A DNA stretch of 64,000 nucleotides from Candidatus Kapaibacterium sp. (GTDB taxonomy: Bacteria; Bacteroidota; Ignavibacteria; Kapaibacteriales; JAEUSM01), in assembly GCA_016788785.1 (NCBI GenBank), contig JAEUSM010000017.1, forward strand, positions 317,670 through 381,669, in the 5' to 3' direction. The notes under the pieces are model-generated. The model saw nothing but the letters and a program-made list of their open reading frames with translations. It was not told the DNA's origin and searched no databases. The position numbers were made by a program, and so were the translations under genes. Below are positions 50,296-57,846 of the stretch, in pieces; the stretch's first letter is position 1, and each line of letters starts with the position of its first letter.

Positions 50296-51945
50296 ATGTC
50301 CAAACGAATCATCACATCACCACGAGGGGCTACTTTGAATTGCAAAAATTGGCAATTAGAAGCACCTTATCGAATGATACATAACAATTTAGACCCAGCA
50401 AATGCTGAAAACCCAGACCAGTTAGTGGTGTATGGAGGAATTGGAAAAGCTGCAAGAAATTGGGAAGCTTTTGATGCAATTACTAGGTCGCTTCGTTCGA
50501 TGGAAGAAGATGAAACATTGTTGGTTCAATCAGGCAAACCAGTTGGGGTTGTCAGAACACATACCGATGCACCAAGAGTTATCATTGCCAATTCTAATTT
50601 GGTGGGAAAATGGGCAAATTGGGATGAGTTCCGACGATTAGAACAAATGGGGCTAATAATGTATGGACAAATGACTGCAGGTTCTTGGATATATATCGGA
50701 ACTCAAGGAATTGTTCAAGGTACATTTGAAACATTTGCTGCATGTGGTAAAAAACATTTTGGTGGTTCTTTGACAGGTCGTTTTGTTCTGACAGCAGGAA
50801 TGGGCGGAATGGGTGGTGCACAACCTCTTGCTGCAACAAGTGCTGGTGCTGTGGTTCTTTGTGTCGAAATCAACGAAGAACGAATTGACAAACGCATAGC
50901 AGATGGCTACTGTATGGTGAAAATGCACTCATTAGATGAGGCACTTCAAACCATTTCAGAAAAAAAACACTCTAAAGAAGCATACTCTATTGGTTTTGTT
51001 GGAAATATCGTTGATATTCTCCCAGAAATTTTGCGACGTGGAATTGTTCCTGATGTCGTAACTGACCAAACTTCTGCTCATGACCCATTGCATGGGTATT
51101 ATCCTGCGGGATACACAATGGCAGAAGCCGACGCACTTCGACTTGAAAATCCTACGAAATATATGCAAGAGGTGTATAAATCTATTGCTATTCATATTAA
51201 TGCAATGTTAGAATGCCAACAACGTGGCTCAATTGCATTTGATTATGGAAATAATCTTCGTGGAATTGCAAAAGAATTTGGGGGCGTTGATAACGCTTTT
51301 GATATACCTGGATTTGTTCCTGAATATATCCGACCAATGTTTTGTGATGGTAACGGACCATTTCGTTGGGTTGCACTCTCTGGAGATCCGAAAGATATAG
51401 ATGTAACAGATGCTGCGATGAAGGAATTGTTCCCACATCATACGCATTTGCATCAATGGATTGATACCGCAAGAACGCATATTAAGTATCAAGGCCTTCC
51501 TGCAAGGATTTGTTGGCTAAATTATGCTGAACGAGCAAAAGCTGGAAAACTTTTCAATGACTTGGTTCGCGATGGTAAGGTTTCTTGTCCAATAGTTATT
51601 GGTCGTGATCATTTAGATTGTGGATCTGTGGCTTCACCATATCGCGAAACTGAGGCTATGGCTGATGGTTCGGATGCAATTGCTGATTGGGTTTATTTGA
51701 ATTTTGCATTAAATGCAATTGGTGGAGCGACGTGGGTCTCTTTGCATCATGGTGGTGGAGTTGGAATGGGTCTTTCTCTTCATGCTGGCATGGTAGTAGT
51801 GGCAGATGGAACTAATGAGGCAGAAAAAAGGTTACAAAGAGTACTAACGTACGATCCTTTGATGGGAATTCTTCGTCATAATGATGCAGGGTACCAACGA
51901 GCCAAAGACCATGTTCAAGAATATGGCATAAAAATTTCTTATTAA
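50296..51945 (+). CDS. hutU: Urocanate hydratase
   Basis: [65 protein letters not shown]; ATG 50296 preferred; TATTTTTG box at 50222-50229. Confidence 0.97.
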   Translation: MSKRIITSPRGATLNCKNWQLEAPYRMIHNNLDPANAENPDQLVVYGGIGKAARNWEAFDAITRSLRSMEEDETLLVQSGKPVGVVRTHTDAPRVIIANSNLVGKWANWDEFRRLEQMGLIMYGQMTAGSWIYIGTQGIVQGTFETFAACGKKHFGGSLTGRFVLTAGMGGMGGAQPLAATSAGAVVLCVEINEERIDKRIADGYCMVKMHSLDEALQTISEKKHSKEAYSIGFVGNIVDILPEILRRGIVPDVVTDQTSAHDPLHGYYPAGYTMAEADALRLENPTKYMQEVYKSIAIHINAMLECQQRGSIAFDYGNNLRGIAKEFGGVDNAFDIPGFVPEYIRPMFCDGNGPFRWVALSGDPKDIDVTDAAMKELFPHHTHLHQWIDTARTHIKYQGLPARICWLNYAERAKAGKLFNDLVRDGKVSCPIVIGRDHLDCGSVASPYRETEAMADGSDAIADWVYLNFALNAIGGATWVSLHHGGGVGMGLSLHAGMVVVADGTNEAEKRLQRVLTYDPLMGILRHNDAGYQRAKDHVQEYGIKISY

Positions 51946-52034
51946 TTAACTGATTTTAATAATTACAGAACGTACAAGGTAAACTATAGTAGCTATTTTA
52001 CGGTTTTTTGAAGTAAATTATTCTCTTACGAATT

Positions 52035-52682
52035 ATGATGGGGGCTACAATGATCGCTCAAACAATTAGTGATGTTCAAGATACAGATGTTGCTGTATTA
52101 GATGTTGAAACATCTCCTACGAAAAAAGTCGATTTGACGAAACAAATCGAAAGACTATTTCGTACAGACCGTAAAAAGTTCTTAGGTTTCATTCGCCAAC
52201 GTGTTCGTTCTCAAGAAGAAGCTGAAGACATATTACAGGACGTATTTACCAATGTCTTAGCTGCATCTGCGAATGTACAAAAACCTATAGAAAACATCGC
52301 TTCTTGGGTGTTTACCGCTGTAAGAAATCGTATTATTGACTCCTATCGTAAAAAAAGAGCCGAAAACTTTTCTGACATGCAAACTCCCGGTCAGATTGAC
52401 GATGGTTTAGATGGATTTGAAAACTTTCTAGGTGACTCACAAACAAGTCCAGAAACTGATCTTATCCGCAAAACTATTTGGGAATCAGTTCTTGAAGGTT
52501 TAAAAGAATTACCACCAGAGCAAAGCGAAGTTTTCATTCGCAATGAGTTCGAAGGCACATCTTTTAGAGAAATGTCTGCAGAAACTGGTGTAAATATAAA
52601 CACATTGTTAGCGAGAAAACGCTATGCAGTCTTGCATCTTCGCAAACGTCTCAAAGGTCTTTACGACTCTTTAAACGACTAA
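52035..52682 (+). CDS. ECF-type RNA polymerase sigma factor
   Basis: EAEDILQDVF, SWVFTAVRNRIIDSYRKK, LPPEQSEVF..NEFEG.SFREM..TGVNINTLLARKRYA. Confidence 0.9.
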   Translation: MMGATMIAQTISDVQDTDVAVLDVETSPTKKVDLTKQIERLFRTDRKKFLGFIRQRVRSQEEAEDILQDVFTNVLAASANVQKPIENIASWVFTAVRNRIIDSYRKKRAENFSDMQTPGQIDDGLDGFENFLGDSQTSPETDLIRKTIWESVLEGLKELPPEQSEVFIRNEFEGTSFREMSAETGVNINTLLARKRYAVLHLRKRLKGLYDSLND

Positions 52683-52689
52683 CAAAAAC

Positions 52690-52720
52690 AAACCCCATTT
52701 TCAAATGGGGTTTTCTTTTT
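52690..52720 (+). terminator. Intrinsic terminator between convergent sigma and methyltransferase genes
   Basis: AAACCCCATT-TTCA-AATGGGGTTT plus T tract; A-rich on the other side. Confidence 0.8.
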
Positions 52721-52733
52721 CTGCCAAGTTGTC

Positions 52734-53972
52734 TTATTGTGCTGCAACTCTTCTTGCAAAAATGGCAGTAAGTTTGCCATTATGTCGTGTGCATATCAAA
52801 ACTCCATAATCAGTTGAATCTGTACTAAATCGAATGTCTTTTTGTATTTCCTCAGGCAAATACGGGAAGTTTCTTTTTTTCACTTCTGTCCGTTCATTCC
52901 ATTGAAATGTGTCAATTACTTTTTGAATTTCTTTTGTTTTATAAGGAACAATACTCAGAATTCTAAATACTGTTACCATTTCTAATTGGAAATAATTATT
53001 ACTAACACCATAGACACTTTCTTTGTCCAAAGAAGTTATTCCCAATTCAGAATAATATTGTTTCGTTTGTTTTGAGCGAACGAGAATAGAATGTGGTTCA
53101 TAAAGATACATTCCCTCTTGTAATTCAACATGGGTTTGTCTTGAAATTTCAAGTTCTTCGTCAAAAAACCATTGTGTAAATGGCTCAATAAGTGTCAAGC
53201 AGTGGTGTGAACTGTCAGATTTTTTCCACAATATTTCTTCTTTGCATTCTTTTTCAAATCCAACAAAATCTCGTATCCAACCTATTTCTATAGGGTGATG
53301 TATCGATGGTGACACTTTTATACCAGAAATTTCACATTGTTTTGATAAACTAACAAGGAATTCTAAACTGGGAGAGTAACCTGCTACAGTAAATTTTCGT
53401 TGACCAAGAGTGTCTCTCCTAGATGGATCTGCCCAAAGTCCACTAAAAGGGATAGTTGAAATATCAGCATTTTCGATATCTCCAAAATGAAAATGAACGT
53501 TGTTAATCCCAATTTTGTTACTATTCTGTTGAGCAAGTAGATAGTGAAGATAATTGTTTTCAAAAGTATGTACTGTTTTAACATTTTTTGCTAAGGCCAC
53601 TGTATCATTTGCTGAACCAGTACATATCTCAAGAGCAGTTTTTATGCCTTTAAACTTACTACCATGATAGTCTGAAATTACCATATGAGTAGCTTGTTCT
53701 GCTAAAATAGAGGTGACATACCAGCCTTTAGGAAATTTTCCCAACCGCTGACCTCGAAGAGAACCTAGTACTATATCAAGAATAATCTGTTGTTGAGTTA
53801 AGGAAATTCCCGGAAAAGATTTTCTTAAAGAGGTGATAACTGTTGGGGTTACAATTTGATATAAATGAATGAGATTGGTACAAAAGGTAATAATTTCTTC
53901 AAACGGAAGTTCAAAGAATAATGAATCTATTTCTATTTTTTCTTCAATCATACAAAATGAAGCAGTATTCAA
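52734..53972 (-). CDS. Class I SAM methyltransferase with THUMP-like C-terminal domain
   Basis: AEQAT, LEICTGSANDT, WADPSRRD, YSPSL, GIKVSP, YLYEP, EVKKRNFP. Confidence 0.7.
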   Translation of the reverse strand: MNTASFCMIEEKIEIDSLFFELPFEEIITFCTNLIHLYQIVTPTVITSLRKSFPGISLTQQQIILDIVLGSLRGQRLGKFPKGWYVTSILAEQATHMVISDYHGSKFKGIKTALEICTGSANDTVALAKNVKTVHTFENNYLHYLLAQQNSNKIGINNVHFHFGDIENADISTIPFSGLWADPSRRDTLGQRKFTVAGYSPSLEFLVSLSKQCEISGIKVSPSIHHPIEIGWIRDFVGFEKECKEEILWKKSDSSHHCLTLIEPFTQWFFDEELEISRQTHVELQEGMYLYEPHSILVRSKQTKQYYSELGITSLDKESVYGVSNNYFQLEMVTVFRILSIVPYKTKEIQKVIDTFQWNERTEVKKRNFPYLPEEIQKDIRFSTDSTDYGVLICTRHNGKLTAIFARRVAAQ

Positions 53973-54040
53973 AACGTTGATATACTAACTTACTTTGACA
54001 AATTCTATTGTCATATATTCTATAGATACAAAAAATTAAT

Positions 54041-54613
54041 ATGAAAATAACAATTCTTCTCGCTCTCCTCATCTGCACATTGTCATGTACAGAAGCGGTA
54101 CAATCTACAACTAAACCTATGAATAAACCAAATGTTTTTGAGTCCTTAACAGTAAACAATATTGATGGTATTCCAGTTAAGCTATCTGATTATAATGAAT
54201 CTGTTGTACTGGTCGTTAATGTTGCTAGTTTTTGTGGATATACTTCTCAATATGAAGATTTAGAAAAGCTTAATCAACAGTATAAATCAAAAGGTTTTAC
54301 CATTCTTGCTTTTCCTTGTAATGATTTTGGTAATCAAGAACCCGGTAGTTTAGATGAAATTAAAGATTTTTGTACAACTAAATATTCAGTTACATTCCCA
54401 TTATTCGAAAAAATTGTTATCTTAGGTGATCAACAACATCCTTTATATACAAGACTAACCAATAGTGAAAACGTGGAAAAAGGACCAGTAAAATGGAATT
54501 TTGAAAAGTTTATCCTTGGGAAAAATGGTGTTGTGTTAGGTCGTTTTCCTTCAAATGTCAAACCTTTTGACGAGAAAATCACTTCGATAATTGAAAAAGA
54601 ATTAGCGAAATAA
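54041..54613 (+). CDS. Glutathione peroxidase-family protein (Cys type) with lipoprotein signal
   Basis: VNVASFCGYTSQY, AFPCNDFGNQEPG, KWNFEKF; lipobox TLSC. Confidence 0.92.
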   Translation: MKITILLALLICTLSCTEAVQSTTKPMNKPNVFESLTVNNIDGIPVKLSDYNESVVLVVNVASFCGYTSQYEDLEKLNQQYKSKGFTILAFPCNDFGNQEPGSLDEIKDFCTTKYSVTFPLFEKIVILGDQQHPLYTRLTNSENVEKGPVKWNFEKFILGKNGVVLGRFPSNVKPFDEKITSIIEKELAK

Positions 54614-54623
54614 GTACACACGA

Positions 54624-55076
54624 ATGCGAATCGTACTACAACGAGTAAATCAGGCGACTGTTTCTATTGAGGGAGCAGTCGCCGGTTTTATTAAAAAAGG
54701 GTTTGTATTGCTTGTTGGTTTTACTCATTCAGATAATGAGAAATCACTTCAGTGGTGTGTTAATAAGGTTATAAACTTGCGAGTGTTTCCAGATGAAACA
54801 GGGGCAATGAATAATTCACTTCTTACTTTGGAAAACCCCGGTATACTTATCGTTTCCAATTTCACCCTCTATGGTTCGACGGAAAAAGGATTACGTCCAA
54901 ATTTTATGCAATCTGCACCACCTGCAATTGCAGAGCCATTGTATAATCGATTTGTTGAACTGATGAAACAGCATTCTCAAATTACTATCGAAACAGGAAG
55001 ATTTGGTGCGATGATGGATGTATCATTGATCAATGATGGACCCGTTACGTTGGTGATTGATTCACCGTCTGGTTAG
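54624..55076 (+). CDS. dtd: D-aminoacyl-tRNA deacylase
   Basis: MRIVLQRV, LRVF, VSNFTLYG..KG.RPNF, FGAMMDVSLINDGPVT. Confidence 0.95.
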   Translation: MRIVLQRVNQATVSIEGAVAGFIKKGFVLLVGFTHSDNEKSLQWCVNKVINLRVFPDETGAMNNSLLTLENPGILIVSNFTLYGSTEKGLRPNFMQSAPPAIAEPLYNRFVELMKQHSQITIETGRFGAMMDVSLINDGPVTLVIDSPSG

Positions 55077-55629
55077 AATCGAGATTAAATCGTTTGATAG
55101 TCCACTGTGCAAGAAAATAGCAAAAATATGCAATGCAAACCCCCACAATAGCACCACCTAACACATCAAAAAAATAGTGAACTCCGACAAACATTCTTGA
55201 AAGAGCAATAAGTGTTGCACAGGAAAAACTTAGGAGTGCTAACCGTCTATAAAACAACGAAAAGACAGTAGCAATGGCAAAACTATTCGCAGCATGGGTT
55301 GAGGGAAACGATTGACCAACACCACATTCGACTAACAGATGCACTCCTTGTAAAGCTCTGCAAGGTCGAACTCGTTCAAATGCAAACTTCAAATACCTAC
55401 TTGTTAATGGGTCAACAACTACAAAAGCCAAAAGAATTGTTAATAAACACACAATACCAATTTTCTTTTGGCGAATGAGGTAAATGCACAATAAAAGATA
55501 GATAGGAATCCATGTAATGGGTGAAGTGATAAGAGGCATAACCCAATCAAAGACTGGATTAGAAAGTGTTTGATTGAAAAAAAAGAAGATGGACTGATCA
55601 ATGTGTTGTAGTGATTCAAGAAAACTCAT
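55045..55629 (-). CDS. PAP2-family phosphatase
   Basis: K..FERVRPC, SFPSTHAANS, SRMFVGVHYFFDV; ATG 55629 overlaps upstream stop (ATGA). Confidence 0.9.
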   Translation of the reverse strand: MSFLESLQHIDQSIFFFFNQTLSNPVFDWVMPLITSPITWIPIYLLLCIYLIRQKKIGIVCLLTILLAFVVVDPLTSRYLKFAFERVRPCRALQGVHLLVECGVGQSFPSTHAANSFAIATVFSLFYRRLALLSFSCATLIALSRMFVGVHYFFDVLGGAIVGVCIAYFCYFLAQWTIKRFNLDSNQTVNQSPT

Positions 55630-57113
55630 GTAATCATTCCAAGCTCTTTTTGTTCTTCTTTGTAACGTAAATAGGAAATAATGGCAATTCCTATACAAAC
55701 ACCTCCAATGTAATTACCTTCACGCATAGAAATTTGGTTAGCAGTCATTGATATACTTAGCATTGCAAGAAGAGTTCCAGCAGAAACTAAAGCAAAATAC
55801 ATTGTGTAGGTGTTTTTAGTTTTTCTTGCCACATAAAATCCAATGAGTACACTTGAAAAAAACGGAAAATAAATCAGAAGTGCATGTGGAATCCCGAATT
55901 TGAACGCAGCGTATAAATACCCATTATGTGCAAAAGTATAATAAACAGTGTGTTTTTCTATCATATCGTAATAATGATACTTTGCCCCCAAACCATAGCC
56001 TCCCAAAGGAGACTCAGAGATTCTATTTAACAACAACCCTGATTCTTTTACACGAACCAATATAGATAAGTCTTGACTTGCTTTTGAACTCGAGGTAAAT
56101 CTTTTTCCAACCATCGTCAAAGCGGTTAATGCCTTTTCCTGAAAAAATAAGAATATTCCGCTACCCAAAACAATGACAGTACATAAAGAAATCACGGTTA
56201 TAAGGATTTTGTTTTTCTTTGGTAAAAAGAAAAATGTTGCCGTAAAGGCAATGATAAATCCTAACCAATATCCACGTGTGAATGTTGATACTAACGCCGC
56301 AAACACAACGACAAATATACAAAATAAGAACATCTTTACTCTACGGTTTTCGAAAAGTGCAATTCCTAAAATAGATATGATACATCCAAATACGTAGACT
56401 AATTCGTTGAGTGCATTACGTGCAGATACAATTTGCCAAGCATATACTGCCAAACTGGTGGTTTTGGTATATTTATAAATCGAAAATCCTGATATACCTA
56501 ATGATACAGTTAACCAAAAAGCTAAAAGAGTCATTATTTGCTTTTCCGTTTTAAAAAGTTCTTTAATAGGAAATGCATAAAGAAGAAAAAAGAGTACTAA
56601 CCATTCACTGAGTATCTCTTTAAGAGTGGTATCGACATTAAAGAAGAACCCAAGGATAAAAGAAACAAAGGTCAATAGAATAGCGGTTAGGAGGACACCA
56701 TCTATGACCGTAGAGACTATTTTGCGCTTCAAAAAGAAGATTCTGGAAATAAACCAAACTGCCAAAGAACCTACGTAAAAAAGGGCAGTAATTACCTCAA
56801 AAGGTGTTGTTTCCTCCGACAAATCACGAAACCAAGGGATTGCTAGTAACGTCGCAAAATAAATCCAAAATCTTGGATTTATAAAAAAACCATACACCAA
56901 CGGAATTCCCAAAATTGCTGCCAACGCAAAAAGTTCTAACTGCAGGTGAATAGCACCAATAGCAAGGGCTAAAAAAGCAATCACATACAAAGGTATTTCC
57001 CAAATTCGAGGAGTAAGGGTAGAAAATGCCGACAGTGATAGTTGGTTTGGAGATAGGTTCATTTTATTGAAATAGAATGTACTTCCTTTGAACGTAAAGT
57101 ACGGTGTTTTCAT
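55626..57113 (-). CDS. O-antigen ligase (WaaL-like) family membrane protein
   Basis: ~12 TM; STFTRGYWL, SILVR, ESPLGGYGLG, AHNGYLYAAFKFGI; start 57113 or 57062. Confidence 0.8.
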   Translation of the reverse strand: MKTPYFTFKGSTFYFNKMNLSPNQLSLSAFSTLTPRIWEIPLYVIAFLALAIGAIHLQLELFALAAILGIPLVYGFFINPRFWIYFATLLAIPWFRDLSEETTPFEVITALFYVGSLAVWFISRIFFLKRKIVSTVIDGVLLTAILLTFVSFILGFFFNVDTTLKEILSEWLVLFFLLYAFPIKELFKTEKQIMTLLAFWLTVSLGISGFSIYKYTKTTSLAVYAWQIVSARNALNELVYVFGCIISILGIALFENRRVKMFLFCIFVVVFAALVSTFTRGYWLGFIIAFTATFFFLPKKNKILITVISLCTVIVLGSGIFLFFQEKALTALTMVGKRFTSSSKASQDLSILVRVKESGLLLNRISESPLGGYGLGAKYHYYDMIEKHTVYYTFAHNGYLYAAFKFGIPHALLIYFPFFSSVLIGFYVARKTKNTYTMYFALVSAGTLLAMLSISMTANQISMREGNYIGGVCIGIAIISYLRYKEEQKELGMIT

Positions 57114-57116
57114 GTA

Positions 57117-57280
57117 AATTGTCTGAACCGCTGATTACATTGATGAGGATGATGAAGATGATGAGGATTGTCTGAACCGCTGATTACATTGATGAGGATG
57201 ATGAAGATGATGAAGATGATGAGGATCGTCATAACCGCTGATCAAAGTCTGAACCGCTGATTACATTGATGAGGATGATG
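57117..57280 (+). repeat. Left repeat array: three identical 34-nt units plus one partial unit with GAT/GAN tracts
   Basis: GTCTGAACCGCTGATTACATTGATGAGGATGATG at 57121-57154, 57170-57203, 57247-57280; partial GTCATAACCGCTGATC at 57228-57243. Confidence 0.97.
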
Positions 57281-57310
57281 TGAATTTGTTGTTATTTACT
57301 TGAATTTTAG

Positions 57311-57318
57311 TATTTTTG
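57311..57318 (+). promoter_or_regulatory. TAnnTTTG -7 box for the GxxExxY gene
   Basis: TATTTTTG 28 nt before ATG 57347; TTTG at 57285-57288 as a possible -33 element. Confidence 0.5.
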
Positions 57319-57346
57319 ATTTTTTGGAGTTTCTAACGTTGTTAAT

Positions 57347-57748
57347 ATGATAAAAGAAGAATACAAATATTCTGATATAACCTCGAAAATTATAGGTTGT
57401 TCTATGGAGGTTCATAATATATTGGGTACAGGTTTTCAAGAAGTTATCTATCAAAGAGCATTAGCAAATGAACTTTTGTTAAAGGGAGTTTCATTTGTCA
57501 GAGAATATGAAATGCCTATCTTTTATAAAAACGAACATATTGGGACAAGAAGGGTTGACTTTTTAGTAGAGTCTGTTGTGTCTGTAGAATTGAAAGCAAT
57601 TTCACAATTAGAAAATGTTCACTTTGCTCAAGCATTAAATTATTTAGAGGCTTACAATTTGGAAATTGGATTGATAATTAATTTTGGGGCTAAAAAATTA
57701 GAATATAAACGACTTATAAACCCCAGATTTAAACCAACTCACTCTTAA
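57347..57748 (+). CDS. GxxExxY protein (PD-(D/E)XK nuclease-like fold)
   Basis: LGTGFQEVIYQRAL (GxxExxY), RVDFLV..VELKA (D...ExK), AQALNYL, GLIINFG; 133 aa. Confidence 0.93.
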   Translation: MIKEEYKYSDITSKIIGCSMEVHNILGTGFQEVIYQRALANELLLKGVSFVREYEMPIFYKNEHIGTRRVDFLVESVVSVELKAISQLENVHFAQALNYLEAYNLEIGLIINFGAKKLEYKRLINPRFKPTHS

Positions 57749-57846
57749 TCATCTTCATCATCCTAATCTGTGGTTCGGACTTATTTTATCATCCTAATCA
57801 TCTTCATCAAAGGTTCAGACAATCTTCATCAATGGTTCAGACAATT
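57746..57846 (-). repeat. Right repeat array, inverted relative to the left array
   Basis: GGTTC(A/G)GAC at 57772-57780, 57812-57820, 57834-57842, each preceded by ATC/ATN tracts. The reverse complement reads TTGTCTGAACCATTGATGAAGA, TTGTCTGAACCTTTGATGAAGATGATTAGGATGAT, GTCCGAACCACAGATTAGGATGATGAAGATGAT. Confidence 0.93.

Larger units (their letters stand above)
57117..57846. mobile_element. Putative GxxExxY cassette bounded by inverted repeat arrays
   Basis: 13-bp perfect terminal IR AATTGTCTGAACC (57117-57129) / GGTTCAGACAATT (57834-57846); single nuclease-fold ORF inside; no target-site duplication seen. Mobility is inferred, not shown. Confidence 0.6.

Noticed and set aside
54200-54260. 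Selenocysteine in the glutathione peroxidase
   Set aside because: The active-site codon is TGT (Cys), not TGA.
57121-57280. CRISPR array
   Set aside because: No unique spacers: the DNA between cores is only GAT/GAN tract. A mirror array lies on the other side of the gene, and there are no cas genes.
57121-57280. Repeats encoding a poly-Asp/Glu peptide
   Set aside because: The GAT-GAG-GAT frame is broken by TGA within each unit, and the 49-nt period is not a multiple of three.
57117-57846. Classical IS element
   Set aside because: No DDE, HUH or serine/tyrosine recombinase ORF and no target-site duplication at the flanks. Kept only as a putative non-classical element.
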